DNA of 46,517 bases from Elusimicrobiota bacterium (GCA_016204945.1 JACQJQ010000097.1:1-46517); one strand, 5' to 3'; shown: positions 17,414-26,561, counted from the first letter of the stretch. Translations and numbers: made by a program. Notes: generated by a model from the letters alone, not told the origin.

Positions 17414-17504
17414 TTTCCTTGTGTGACATTATCGCTCATCCAACGGACGCGCGCATAGGCCCATCGGGCAGCCCCCGCGGCCGATCGGCCCACGCCATCC
17501 GAGG

Positions 17505-17510
17505 TATAAT
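17505..17510 (+). promoter_or_regulatory. Consensus -10 box TATAAT, 8 nt upstream of the bcsG ATG
   Basis: gaggTATAATggcatctcATG. I found no good -35. Confidence 0.35.
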
Positions 17511-17518
17511 GGCATCTC

Positions 17519-19060
17519 ATGGCCGGCTGGCATTTTTACTTCCTGGGAAAGCTGCTGCTGCACGTTGTCGGCCGCCTGCAATTGAACGCGCTCGCCGATG
17601 CGCTGCTGTTGTGCTTCGTCGTATTCCCCTTGCCGTCCATGCCGGAGTCTCGCGCCCGGCGCTGGCGGCGCGGCCGGGCCGCCGCCGCCGGCGTCGCGGC
17701 CGCCGCGCTGGCCTGGCACGAATCCTGGCTGCCTCCTCCGATGACGGTCGTGCATTTTATCGCCGACGCCGACCTTCGCCCTTCCCTGGGCTATGCCCTG
17801 GACTTCCTCGCGCGTACCGCGGACTGGAGGCTGGCGGCGGGCGCCGCCGCGCTGGGCGGCGCCATTCTCGGGGCTTCGCGCAGCGGCCTATCCCTGACCC
17901 CCCTGCTGATCCTGGGGCTGGCGGCCGTCGCCGTCAACGACGCATCGCGGCGGCCGTTCGGTCCCGCCGGGAGCGCGCTCGAGGGATTCCGAGCGTCCGA
18001 GGCGGCGCGGATCGTCCGCCTGCCGTCCGTCGCCGCCGAGCCCGACTTCGACGTCATCATCGTGCACGTCTGCTCGTTGTCCTGGGACGATCTGCGCGTC
18101 TCCGGCTTCTCCGGCGACCCGTTTTTGGGCTCCTTCCACGTTCTTTTGACGCGCTTCAACTCGGCCGCAAGCTACAGTAATCCCGCCGCGCTGCGCCTCC
18201 TGCGCGCGCCCTGCGGCCAGGGTCCGCACGACGCCCTCTACGGGCCGGCCGCTCCGGACTGCTACCTTCTGGACGTCTTGCGGAGGAGGGGCTTCGTCAG
18301 CTGGGCGGCCGCCAACCACGACGGCGCCTACGCGCGCATGGGCGAGGAGCTGCGCGCCGGAGCTCATGCTGATGCCCCGCTGCCCCTTGACGGCTTGCCG
18401 GCGCCCAAACTGAACTTCAACGCGGCGCCCGTCTATGACGACGGGGCCGTGCTGGACCGGTGGTGGCAGGTTCGGCAGCGTTCGGGCGCCAAGCGCGCCG
18501 TCCTCTACTACAACACGGTCAGCCTCCATCAAGGCGTCCATCGCCCCGGACAGGCCGACGCTTGGCGCCAGGACCGCATGCGCGCTTATCGCGATTCGGC
18601 CGGCGCCCTGTTCGGCGACCTGCGCCGTTTTTTCGCCGCGATCGAGAGCTCGCGCCGTCGCGCCGTGATCTTCTTCGTTGCCGAGCACGGCGCGGCGCTC
18701 GAAGGTTCCTCGATACAGGTCCCCGACCTGCGCGACATTCCTTTGCCGGCTCTGACGCTGGTCCCCAGCGCCGTCATGTTCTTGGGGCCGGGCGCCCCGC
18801 CCGCCGCGCGCGCTCTCTGGCCCCGGCCGGCCAGCTACTTGGCGCTCACCGAACTGTTGGGCCGGCTGCTGGAGCGCTCCCCGTTCGGTCGAAGCGCCCT
18901 GCCCGTCGACGCCTACCTTCGCGGCTTGCCCGAGACCACGTTCCTCGCGGAGAATGAGAACGCCTTGGTGCTGGAGGACCGCGGACGCTATCTTATGCGG
19001 AGCAACCGGGGGGGCTGGAAGGAATTGCCTTCCGACGCCGCCCGCGATGCGACGCCATGA
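17519..19060 (+). CDS. bcsG: Cellulose biosynthesis protein BcsG (phosphoethanolamine transferase)
   Basis: Collinear with E. coli BcsG as I recall it: GWHFYFLGK, IIVHVCSLSWDD, FNSAASYSNPAALRLLRAPCGQ, DCYLLD, APVYDDGAVLDRW, YYNTVSLHQG, AEHGAALEGSSIQVPDLRDIP. Confidence 0.85.
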   Translation: MAGWHFYFLGKLLLHVVGRLQLNALADALLLCFVVFPLPSMPESRARRWRRGRAAAAGVAAAALAWHESWLPPPMTVVHFIADADLRPSLGYALDFLARTADWRLAAGAAALGGAILGASRSGLSLTPLLILGLAAVAVNDASRRPFGPAGSALEGFRASEAARIVRLPSVAAEPDFDVIIVHVCSLSWDDLRVSGFSGDPFLGSFHVLLTRFNSAASYSNPAALRLLRAPCGQGPHDALYGPAAPDCYLLDVLRRRGFVSWAAANHDGAYARMGEELRAGAHADAPLPLDGLPAPKLNFNAAPVYDDGAVLDRWWQVRQRSGAKRAVLYYNTVSLHQGVHRPGQADAWRQDRMRAYRDSAGALFGDLRRFFAAIESSRRRAVIFFVAEHGAALEGSSIQVPDLRDIPLPALTLVPSAVMFLGPGAPPAARALWPRPASYLALTELLGRLLERSPFGRSALPVDAYLRGLPETTFLAENENALVLEDRGRYLMRSNRGGWKELPSDAARDATP

Positions 19061-19230
19061 GCGGGCCGCATGCTGGAGCATGAGATCGTGATGTCGCTTC
19101 CCGCTGCCGGCCAGGCGCGCCTCCGTGTCCCGTTGGAGGGCGGGAAGCGAGGCAACGTTGGTCATGGCCTGGGAGATCCACGCTTTGAGTTCCGTGGCCC
19201 GGGTCAGCAGCACGTAAAGTTTACGTCAAG

Positions 19231-19896
19231 TCAGGCGTGGTCCCGCCGCCCCGCCCAGTTGTAGATGAAGAGCCAGTGCAGCAGCGCGCCGACGATGACG
19301 AGGACGTGGAACAGCTCGTGCGCGCCGATGACGCCCGTCAGGATCACGGGCCCCTCCAGGGAGTCGATGAGCGCGCCGGCGACGTAGGAGATGCCGCCGA
19401 GGAAGAGGAGCGAGGATTCCTTCCAGCCGTAGCGCGCCGTGATGTGGGCGTAGGAGACGACGCCGAGCGAGGCCACGCCGATGTAGGCGGAGACGATCGA
19501 CCAGTACGGCAGGCGGGTGAAATACACGTCGATGAGGACGAGGCAGGTGAGCGCCGCGCCCCAGAACAGCGAGATCAGGCCCCAGCGCCAGCGGCCCTTG
19601 AACAGAAGGATGTGCACGGGCGTGGCCGAGCCCGCGATGACGATCCAGATGCCGGCGTAGTCGAGCCGGCGGAAAATGGTCCGCCACGGGCCCGGCGGCA
19701 GGGCGTGGTAGACGCCGCTCATGGAGAACAGGAACAGCAAGGAGGCGCTGAAGATCATGAGGGAGGAACTGCGCAGGGCGTCGCCCCGCCCCTTCCTGTA
19801 CAGGAAGTGGGAGCCGCCCAAGGCGGCGACCGCGGCCAGGATATGGCTCACGCTCGAGACGGGGTCGTTGAGGCCGAAATAGTGCACGAGCCGCAT
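19231..19896 (-). CDS. Hemolysin III / PAQR family channel protein
   Basis: 7-TM protein of 221 aa with the C-terminal motif HELFHVLVIVGALLHW. The ATG shares 1 nt with the upstream stop (TGATG). The track start at 20892 is a shadow extension. Confidence 0.85.
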   Translation of the reverse strand: MRLVHYFGLNDPVSSVSHILAAVAALGGSHFLYRKGRGDALRSSSLMIFSASLLFLFSMSGVYHALPPGPWRTIFRRLDYAGIWIVIAGSATPVHILLFKGRWRWGLISLFWGAALTCLVLIDVYFTRLPYWSIVSAYIGVASLGVVSYAHITARYGWKESSLLFLGGISYVAGALIDSLEGPVILTGVIGAHELFHVLVIVGALLHWLFIYNWAGRRDHA

Positions 19897-20990
19897 CAGA
19901 GCGCTCCCCTCTCGCGGTCGTGGCGCTTTTCCAGACGCTCCCGGAGCGCGCCGCGCAGGACCCTCGCGCCGAAGAGCTTCGAGGCCTCGACGAGAAGCCT
20001 GACGCCGCCCTCCACGTCCGACAGGCGCACCTTCTCGGGCGCCACCGCCCGGGCGCCCCAGCCGTTGTGGTAGTTGACGAGGGGAATCGCCACGCCGCCG
20101 GCCTCGTAGCCGAAGGCGAGATAGGCGGTCGCCTCGCAGGTGCCGCCCGTCAGGCGCAGGCGCTGGACCGCCGTGCCGCGCCCGCGCAGGACCGCGGCCG
20201 CGTCGTCGAGCAAGGCGGTCAGGTTGGGGTCGAAGGCCGTGGCCTTGTCGCCGAGGCGGATCGTGGGGCCGCGGCCGGGCTTGGAGCCCGGCAGCTCGCG
20301 CGAGGACTCGATCGACAGGTACGAGTCGCGCGCGGACAGGATTTCGGAGCGGAGCATGTCGAGGGCCCCGATGAAGCCGACCTCCTCGGCGCGGTTGAGC
20401 AGGACGGTCAAATTGACCTTCGCGCGGGCCTTCGCCAGCCGCCGCATCGCCTCGAGGCTGATCGCGCAGCCGAGCAAGTCGTCCACGGAGCGCGAGAGGA
20501 GCCAGCCCCTCGAGACCTCGCACGCGGGCAAGGCCAGCACCGCGAAATCGAGCTTGGCGCCCGCCTTCGGCGCTTCGGTCCATCGGATGGTCCACGGTCC
20601 GCCGTCTTTTTTCGGCCGCGGGCCGAGCACGCCGCGCGCGAGGGGGCGGTTGTCCTTGGGCGCGCGGGCGAACGCCTCGACGCGGGCGCCCGCCAGCAGG
20701 TGCGGGGGCAGGCCGCCGCGCAGGCGGGCCGCGGCGCCGGCGCGCGAGACCTTGAGCAGGTCGAAGGCGGGGTGATCGAGATGGGCCGCCAGGCACAGCG
20801 CCGGGCCGGGGCCCGCGCCGCGGTAGGAGACGATGAAGCCGCCGCGCGCGCGGCGGACCTTGACCCGCGCGCCCAGGTTCGCGCGGATCCATTCGAGGGC
20901 CTTGCCCGACACGGCCGCCTCCCGGAATGGGGCGGTGGGGATGGAGGTCAGGCGCCGGAAGAGGGGGAGAACGCCGGGCTCGGCTTTCAC
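19896..20990 (-). CDS. M42/M20-type metallopeptidase-like protein (FrvX/CelM-like)
   Basis: GTG start. Metal-ligand-like motifs AHLDHP, VDDLLGC, RAEEVGFIGA. The family call is tentative. Confidence 0.55.
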   Translation of the reverse strand: MKAEPGVLPLFRRLTSIPTAPFREAAVSGKALEWIRANLGARVKVRRARGGFIVSYRGAGPGPALCLAAHLDHPAFDLLKVSRAGAAARLRGGLPPHLLAGARVEAFARAPKDNRPLARGVLGPRPKKDGGPWTIRWTEAPKAGAKLDFAVLALPACEVSRGWLLSRSVDDLLGCAISLEAMRRLAKARAKVNLTVLLNRAEEVGFIGALDMLRSEILSARDSYLSIESSRELPGSKPGRGPTIRLGDKATAFDPNLTALLDDAAAVLRGRGTAVQRLRLTGGTCEATAYLAFGYEAGGVAIPLVNYHNGWGARAVAPEKVRLSDVEGGVRLLVEASKLFGARVLRGALRERLEKRHDRERGAL

Positions 20991-20994
20991 CCGG

Positions 20995-22815
20995 CTATTC
21001 TACAATTGCCGGAGCCAGGGAGAGGTGCTCGGCGAGGAACGCCTCGGCCTTGGCGTAGAAATCGAGGCGGTTGGAGGGCTTGGCGAAGCCGTGGCCCTCG
21101 TCGGGATACAGCAGATACGCGACGGGCTTGCCCTTGGCGCGCAGGGCCGCGACGATCTGCTCCGCTTCCGCCTGCTTCACGCGCGGGTCGTGGGCGCCTT
21201 GGGCGATCAAGAGCGGAATATCGATCTTGTCGACATGAAACAGCGGGGAACGGGACTTCAGGAATTCTTCTTCGCGCTCGATGGAGCCGACGCGCAGGTC
21301 GAACACCCGCTTCATCGGCTCCCAGTAGGGAGGGATCGATTTGATCAAGGTGACGAGGTTCGAGGGTCCGACGACGTCGATGGCGCAGCGGTAGACGCCG
21401 GGCGTGAAGGCGGCGCCGGCGAGCGCCGCGTAGCCGCCGTAGGAGCCGCCGTAGATCGCGACGCGCGCGGGATCGGCGATGCCCCGCGCGACCGCCCAGC
21501 GGACGCCGTCGGTGAGATCGTCCTGCATCTTGGCGCCCCACTCGCGGTCGCCGGCGTGCAGGTGGCGCTTGCCGAAGCCGGATGAGCCGCGGTAGTTGAG
21601 CTGGAGCGCGGCGCAGCCGAGGCTCGCGAGCCACTGCGCCTCGGGGTGGAAGCCCCAGCGGTCGCGCACCCACGGGCCCCCATGGACGAGCACGACGAGG
21701 GGGAGTTTCTCGGCCGCGGCGCCGTTCGGCGTCGTGAGGTAGCCGCGCACCGTCAGGCCGTCGCGCGCCGCGTATTGCACCGGGGTCATCGGGGCCAAGG
21801 TATAGGGCGCGAGCCTGGGGCGCGCGGCGAAGAGGGGAGAGGCGGCGCGCTTGAGGCGGTCCCAGCGCAGGAAGGCGGGGGAGCGGTCGGGCCTGTCCAC
21901 CAGGACGTACCAGACGGCGTCCGCGTCGTCGCGGCTGACGATGGAGACGTCGCCGTCGAGGGCGGAGAGCGCCGCGAAATCGGCCTCGAGCTTGGGGTCG
22001 AGGACGCGCCAGGCGCGCCGGTCGAGCTCGAAGGCGGCGGCCTCGACGGCGTGGTCGCGCGGATGGAGCAGGACGGCGCCGAGGTCGGACTCGGGGTGCT
22101 CGGCGATGATTTTCCCGGGCCCGCCCGCGAGCGGGGCCTCGAACAGCGCGGTCGTGTCGCGATCCACGCTCGACTCGATGTAAATATTTTGACCGTCGGG
22201 CGAAAATCCGTGCGCGCCCAACTGGTCGTCGGGGCCGCATGTCAAGAAGTCGCGCCAACCCGCGCCGTCGCGGACGCGCAGAATCGTGCCGCCGTCCGGG
22301 GCCGCCGCCTTGTGCAGGCCGATCTTGAAATCGCGGTCCGGCAGCCAGCCGATCGCGTCGCCGGGGTTCGTCGCCTCGAGCGCGCGCTCGCCGGTTTTGA
22401 GGTTGAGGCGCCAGACGTCGTGCAGCTTGGGGTCGCGGTCGTTGAGCGCGACGAGGATCTCGTCCGGGAAGCCGGGCTCGGTCGCGACGATCTGCGCCTG
22501 CACGCCCGGGTAGGGGGTCAGGTCGCGGGCGACGGAGGTTTCCAGGTCGGCCTGGTAGAGGTGCCAGTTCTCGTCCCCGTTGAGGTCTTGCAAATAAAGA
22601 ATCGAGCGCTCGTCCTCCGCCCACAGGAAGACGCGGATGCCGCGGCCGCGGTCGCGGGTGAGGGGCTTGGCGGGCCCGCCCTCGGGGCCGACCCAGATGT
22701 TGAGGACGCCCTCGTCCGGGGCGAGGTAGGCCCAGAGCTTTCCGTTCGGGGAGATCTTCGGCGAGGCCTTCTCCGGGTTGCCGAAGAGCAGCTCGCGCGG
22801 GACGCGTTCGTTCAT
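20995..22815 (-). CDS. S9 family prolyl oligopeptidase / dipeptidyl aminopeptidase
   Basis: N-terminal beta-propeller region. C-terminal alpha/beta hydrolase with nucleophile GGSYGGY, then QGAHDPRV and DEGHGF. Confidence 0.85.
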   Translation of the reverse strand: MNERVPRELLFGNPEKASPKISPNGKLWAYLAPDEGVLNIWVGPEGGPAKPLTRDRGRGIRVFLWAEDERSILYLQDLNGDENWHLYQADLETSVARDLTPYPGVQAQIVATEPGFPDEILVALNDRDPKLHDVWRLNLKTGERALEATNPGDAIGWLPDRDFKIGLHKAAAPDGGTILRVRDGAGWRDFLTCGPDDQLGAHGFSPDGQNIYIESSVDRDTTALFEAPLAGGPGKIIAEHPESDLGAVLLHPRDHAVEAAAFELDRRAWRVLDPKLEADFAALSALDGDVSIVSRDDADAVWYVLVDRPDRSPAFLRWDRLKRAASPLFAARPRLAPYTLAPMTPVQYAARDGLTVRGYLTTPNGAAAEKLPLVVLVHGGPWVRDRWGFHPEAQWLASLGCAALQLNYRGSSGFGKRHLHAGDREWGAKMQDDLTDGVRWAVARGIADPARVAIYGGSYGGYAALAGAAFTPGVYRCAIDVVGPSNLVTLIKSIPPYWEPMKRVFDLRVGSIEREEEFLKSRSPLFHVDKIDIPLLIAQGAHDPRVKQAEAEQIVAALRAKGKPVAYLLYPDEGHGFAKPSNRLDFYAKAEAFLAEHLSLAPAIVE

Positions 22816-22818
22816 GGG

Positions 22819-23859
22819 CTAAAAGCGGTATGCCGTCGAAACCTGCAGGCGGCGCACGAAGGTGCCGCCGGAACGGTCCTCGTATTCGCCGTCGAGCTTC
22901 AGCTCCAAACTGTCGAAAGGCTTCATGCCCAGGCCCAGGTGATACACCGAGGCGGTGAAGGAGTTGAGCGAGCCCGAGCCCGCCTCGAAGGGCTCCTCAT
23001 AGCGGCCGAACGAGGGGCTGAACCGGAAGGTCTCTCCCCGGGCGTGCAGGTTCGAGGAGAGCAGGTAGCCCCAGCGCAGCAGCGCGGCGCCGCCTCGGAA
23101 CTGGGTGGTCGTGGCGCTCAGGCGCGCGCCGAGCTCGGCGTAGGGCCGCGGCCAGAAGTAGAGGGCGGCGGACTGCGTGTAGACGTGGGTGGGAGCGTAC
23201 TCGGAGACGCGCGCCGATCCTTCGGCGTGCAGGCCGGGTATCAGGGAGCGTCCCCAGGATCCCTCCCAGTTCCAGCGCGGCAGCACGGCCGCGCGAGGCG
23301 CCACGGACAGGCGCATGTAGCCTCCATGGGTCGGCCCCCTCCAGGCGGCTCCCAAGGACTGGGACTGGTCCGTGTTGTGAAAGCGGCGCAGCCTCTCGGC
23401 GCCCGCCAGGAAGGACCAGCCGCGGCGGACGGGGACGACGGCGTCCATGCGCCAGGAGTATCCCGGGCCCATGCGGTTGTACCGCTCGCTGCCGTAGGCC
23501 AACTCCACCTTGGGAGGGGCGACGGGCGAGCGGAGAAGCTCCGCGTTCTCCTCGCGCGGTCGCGACCACGAGAGCACGTCGGCCAGCCCCGATGCCGCGT
23601 CCCCGTGATCCGGGCGGGCGGCCAGGATCCTGCGGTACAGCGCCTCGGACTCGGGGTAGCGCTTGCTCCAGGAGTAGAGCTTGGCCAGGCGCGCGGCGGC
23701 GTCGAGATTCCCGGGATCGGAGGAGACGAGCGGCTCCAGCAGGCCGATCGCCTTGGTCCAATCGCCGGCCTTCTCCGCCTCGATCGCGCTCTCGAGGGCC
23801 GGCTGGGCCCGCGCTTGGAGGGCCGTTCCCGCGAGCAGCAGGACCAGGAGCAGCCTCAT
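22819..23859 (-). CDS. Outer-membrane protein with an N-terminal TPR region and a YaiO-like beta-barrel
   Basis: ATG 23859 overlaps the GT2 stop (ATGA). Signal peptide MRLLLVLLLAGTALQARA. TPR-like helices, then Gly/aromatic strands ending ...STAYRF. Confidence 0.65.
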   Translation of the reverse strand: MRLLLVLLLAGTALQARAQPALESAIEAEKAGDWTKAIGLLEPLVSSDPGNLDAAARLAKLYSWSKRYPESEALYRRILAARPDHGDAASGLADVLSWSRPREENAELLRSPVAPPKVELAYGSERYNRMGPGYSWRMDAVVPVRRGWSFLAGAERLRRFHNTDQSQSLGAAWRGPTHGGYMRLSVAPRAAVLPRWNWEGSWGRSLIPGLHAEGSARVSEYAPTHVYTQSAALYFWPRPYAELGARLSATTTQFRGGAALLRWGYLLSSNLHARGETFRFSPSFGRYEEPFEAGSGSLNSFTASVYHLGLGMKPFDSLELKLDGEYEDRSGGTFVRRLQVSTAYRF

Positions 23860-25244
23860 GCTTTCGCCATGCCCCGGCGCTCCATGTCTCCCCAATTCTT
23901 GGAGCCGCGCGCGAGGTCCCACAGGGCCCGGGTGCGGATGAAGGCCAGCGCTTGGCGGTAGCCGAAATTCTCCAGGATGCCGGTGGCGATCAGGCGGCCG
24001 AGGTCGAGCAGCTTCGGGTATCTCTCCATGGACACCTCCTCGATGAGAATGGCGAGCAAGGACAGCAGGATGCCGATGAGGATCGCCAGGGAAAAGAAAA
24101 TGCCGAACGACTCCCAGTTGATCGTTCCCGTGAGAGCCCCGGCCAGGAACACGGCGTAGCCGAAGGCCTCGACCAAGGGGCTCAAGGCCTCGACGAAGAT
24201 GAAGTAGGGCATGGCGACCAGCCCGATCCAGCCGTGGCGGGGGTTGAAGAGCATGCCGATATGCGCCGCGAGGCTTTCGCTGAGGCCCCTCTGCCAGCGG
24301 TTGCGCTGGCGCGACAAGACGCGCCAGCTCTCCGGCACCTCGGTCCAGCAGACCGGATCCGGCATGAAGTGGAAGCGATAGCGCTGCTTCTTCTTCGATA
24401 AGAGCTGATGCAGGCGCACCACCAGCTCCATGTCCTCTCCGACCGTGTCGGTGCGGTAGCCGCCGGCTTCCAGCACCGCCTCTTTCTTGAAGATGCCGAA
24501 GGCGCCGCTGATGATGAGAAGGGCGTTCATCTTGCTCCAGCCCAGGCGGCCGGAGAGGAACGCGCGCAGATACTCCACGATCTGGAACCTGACCAGCCAG
24601 CGCTTGGAGAGCGAGGCGTCGGAGATCTCGCCTTGGCGGACGCGGCAGCCGTTGACCGCCCGCACGATGCCCCCGGTCGCCGCCGTCTCCACGTAGGCCT
24701 CCATGAACGGGTGGATGACGCGCAGCAGGGCCTCGTTTTCCAGGATGGAATCGGCGTCGAGCGAGCAGATCAGGGGGTAGGTGCTGAAGTTGATCCCCGC
24801 GTTGAGCGCGTCGGCCTTGCCGCCGTTCTCCTTGTCGATGACGACGAGGTTGGCGACCTCCGCGGAGCGGTAGATTCCGCGCACGTCCTTGCTGGGGAGC
24901 ATCTTGTGGTAGATCCGCTTGGTCTTGCGCAGCTTGAAGCGCTCGGTGAGCGCGGCCATCGTCTTGTCCTTGGAGCCGTCGTTGATGACGATGATCTCGA
25001 ACTCGGGGTAGGACAGCTTGCGCAGGGACAGGACGCTGTCGACGACTCCTTTCTCCTCGTTGTAGGCGGGTAGGAGCACCGAGACGGGCGGGGTGATGCG
25101 CGCCTTGAGGATCTCCTGGGGGGTGGCGAAGCGCGCGCGCAGCTGGTGCCGGATGATCGCCCAGAAGGAGACGGCGAACATGATCAGATAAACGACGCTG
25201 ACCCCGAGAAAATACAGGATGATCGAAGAGCTAAGAATTTTCAA
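23856..25244 (-). CDS. Processive family-2 glycosyltransferase (PgaC/IcaA/NfrB-like exopolysaccharide synthase)
   Basis: VSVLLPAYNEE, VINDGSKD, SLDADS, VGEDMEL, RQRNRWQRG, plus N- and C-terminal TM helices. TTG start, overlapping the HEAT gene by 14 nt. Confidence 0.85.
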   Translation of the reverse strand: MKILSSSIILYFLGVSVVYLIMFAVSFWAIIRHQLRARFATPQEILKARITPPVSVLLPAYNEEKGVVDSVLSLRKLSYPEFEIIVINDGSKDKTMAALTERFKLRKTKRIYHKMLPSKDVRGIYRSAEVANLVVIDKENGGKADALNAGINFSTYPLICSLDADSILENEALLRVIHPFMEAYVETAATGGIVRAVNGCRVRQGEISDASLSKRWLVRFQIVEYLRAFLSGRLGWSKMNALLIISGAFGIFKKEAVLEAGGYRTDTVGEDMELVVRLHQLLSKKKQRYRFHFMPDPVCWTEVPESWRVLSRQRNRWQRGLSESLAAHIGMLFNPRHGWIGLVAMPYFIFVEALSPLVEAFGYAVFLAGALTGTINWESFGIFFSLAILIGILLSLLAILIEEVSMERYPKLLDLGRLIATGILENFGYRQALAFIRTRALWDLARGSKNWGDMERRGMAKA

Positions 25245-26331
25245 GTTCGTCCAGCCATTGCGCGGCCATGTCCCGCGCGAATCGGTCCGCGGAGCCCTTT
25301 TGCGCCCGGCGCAGGGCCGCGCGTCCGGGCGCGCCCAGCGCCGCCAGCGCCTCGCCGGAATTGCGGCGCACCCACCACTGCCGGTCCTCCAGGCCGCGGC
25401 AGAGGACCGGGATGGCGCCGGAGGCTCCGACTCGCCCCAGCGACTTGGCCGCCTGGGCCCGGAGCTCCCAGACGCCGTCGTCCGCGCATGCGGCCAAGGT
25501 CGCCTCGGCGCGAGGGTCGGCGAAGCCGCCCAAGGCCTTGACGGCGGCGATCCGCACCCCCACCGGCTGGGGGGGCTTGGCCATGCCCAGCACCGTCTCG
25601 AAGGAGCGCGGGTCCCTGAGCTCGCCCAGAAGATGCACGACCAGGAGGCGGACCGCGGCGTCGGGGTGCCCGCAGACGGCCAGAAGCGGCTCCACCGCCT
25701 TCTCGCCGAGCTCGAAGACCGTGGAGGAAAGCCGCATCCCGGCCAGGCGCGAATAGCCCACCAAAGCGGTGATGATCGGCTCGACGACGTCCGCGTCGCC
25801 GATCCGCCCGAGCGCCCAGGAGCCGAGCAGGCGCACCTCCAGCACGCCGTCGCGCAGGGCCTCGAGCAGGCGGCCCTTGGCGGGGCGGCAGCGCATCTGC
25901 CCCAGGCAGCGGGCGGCCTCGGCGCGGACCCACCAGAACGGGCTGCGCAGGCGCCTTAAATCGCCGTCCATGAATCCCAGCTTTTCGTAGGCTTCGGCCA
26001 GCCGCGCGTGCGTCTCTCCCTCGGCCCCGAAGCTCCGCCGCACCAGGAGGTACCGCGCCGCCTCCGGGGCCCGCCGCGCCTGCGACGCCAGGGGCTCCAG
26101 GCGGCGGGTCGGGCCGGAGAGATGCTCCTCCAATAGCGGCGCCAGGACCGCGGTCCAATAGGCTTCCCGGCGGCGGCTGAGTATGCGCCCGGCCTTCATG
26201 AGCAGCAAGGCGACGATCAGCCCCGCGACCAGGAGCGCGAGGGCCTGGGTCGAGGCCCGCATCATTAGAAAGAGCGTCTCTTGGCTGAATCTCACGCGAT
26301 CTTTTGGGATTGTATGATTTCTCGCGTCCAT
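25231..26331 (-). CDS. Membrane-anchored HEAT-repeat protein
   Basis: One N-terminal TM helix, then repeated HEAT/PBS-lyase-like units: VRLLGSWALGRIGD, AVRLLVVHLLGELRD, VRIAAVKALGGFAD, ELRAQAAKSLGRVG, WVRRNSGEALAALG. The start is uncertain. Confidence 0.7.
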   Translation of the reverse strand: MDARNHTIPKDRVRFSQETLFLMMRASTQALALLVAGLIVALLLMKAGRILSRRREAYWTAVLAPLLEEHLSGPTRRLEPLASQARRAPEAARYLLVRRSFGAEGETHARLAEAYEKLGFMDGDLRRLRSPFWWVRAEAARCLGQMRCRPAKGRLLEALRDGVLEVRLLGSWALGRIGDADVVEPIITALVGYSRLAGMRLSSTVFELGEKAVEPLLAVCGHPDAAVRLLVVHLLGELRDPRSFETVLGMAKPPQPVGVRIAAVKALGGFADPRAEATLAACADDGVWELRAQAAKSLGRVGASGAIPVLCRGLEDRQWWVRRNSGEALAALGAPGRAALRRAQKGSADRFARDMAAQWLDELENS

Positions 26332-26361
26332 TTGCCTCGACGTCGCCGGAATTGGTAAGAT
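26332..26361 (+). promoter_or_regulatory. Candidate tRNA promoter TTGCCT-N18-TAAGAT
   Basis: -35 at 26332-26337 and -10 at 26356-26361, about 30 nt upstream of the tRNA 5' end. Confidence 0.4.
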
Positions 26362-26390
26362 GAGGTTCCCAACCTCCTCGGGGTTCTGGT

Positions 26391-26467
26391 GGCGCGTTCG
26401 TCTAGCGGCCTAGGACGCTTCCCTCTCAAGGAAGAGACCACGGGTTCAAATCCCGTACGCGCCACCA
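26391..26467 (+). tRNA. tRNA-Glu (anticodon CUC), CCA encoded
   Basis: Acceptor GGCGCGT/ACGCGCC. Glu-type D region TTCGTCTAGCGGCCTAGGAC. Anticodon stem CTTCC/GGAAG with loop CTCTCAA (CTC at 26425-26427). T arm ACGGG-TTCAAAT-CCCGT, discriminator A, then CCA. Confidence 0.9.
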
Positions 26468-26500
26468 GGCCTCCGAGGATTTTTTATTCCGGACAATGAA

Positions 26501-26528
26501 GAAGGCCCCCGCTCGCGCGGGGGCCTTC
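26501..26528 (-). terminator. GC-rich hairpin (12-bp stem, 4-nt loop) downstream of the SWIB gene
   Basis: GAAGGCCCCCGC-tcgc-GCGGGGGCCTTC. On the minus strand it is followed by TTCATTGT (only moderately U-rich). It sits between the tRNA and the convergent SWIB gene. Confidence 0.45.
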
Positions 26529-26561
26529 CGACTTCCGGGACGAACCGGAGCGTCTAATGCG

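Noticed and set aside
19061-19230. Small ORFs in the bcsG / hemolysin III gap (19070-19264 plus strand; the N-terminal part of 17888-19213 on the minus strand).
   Set aside because: They have no SD or promoter context, no recognisable motif, and composition like the shadow frames. They run into or overlap neighbouring genes.
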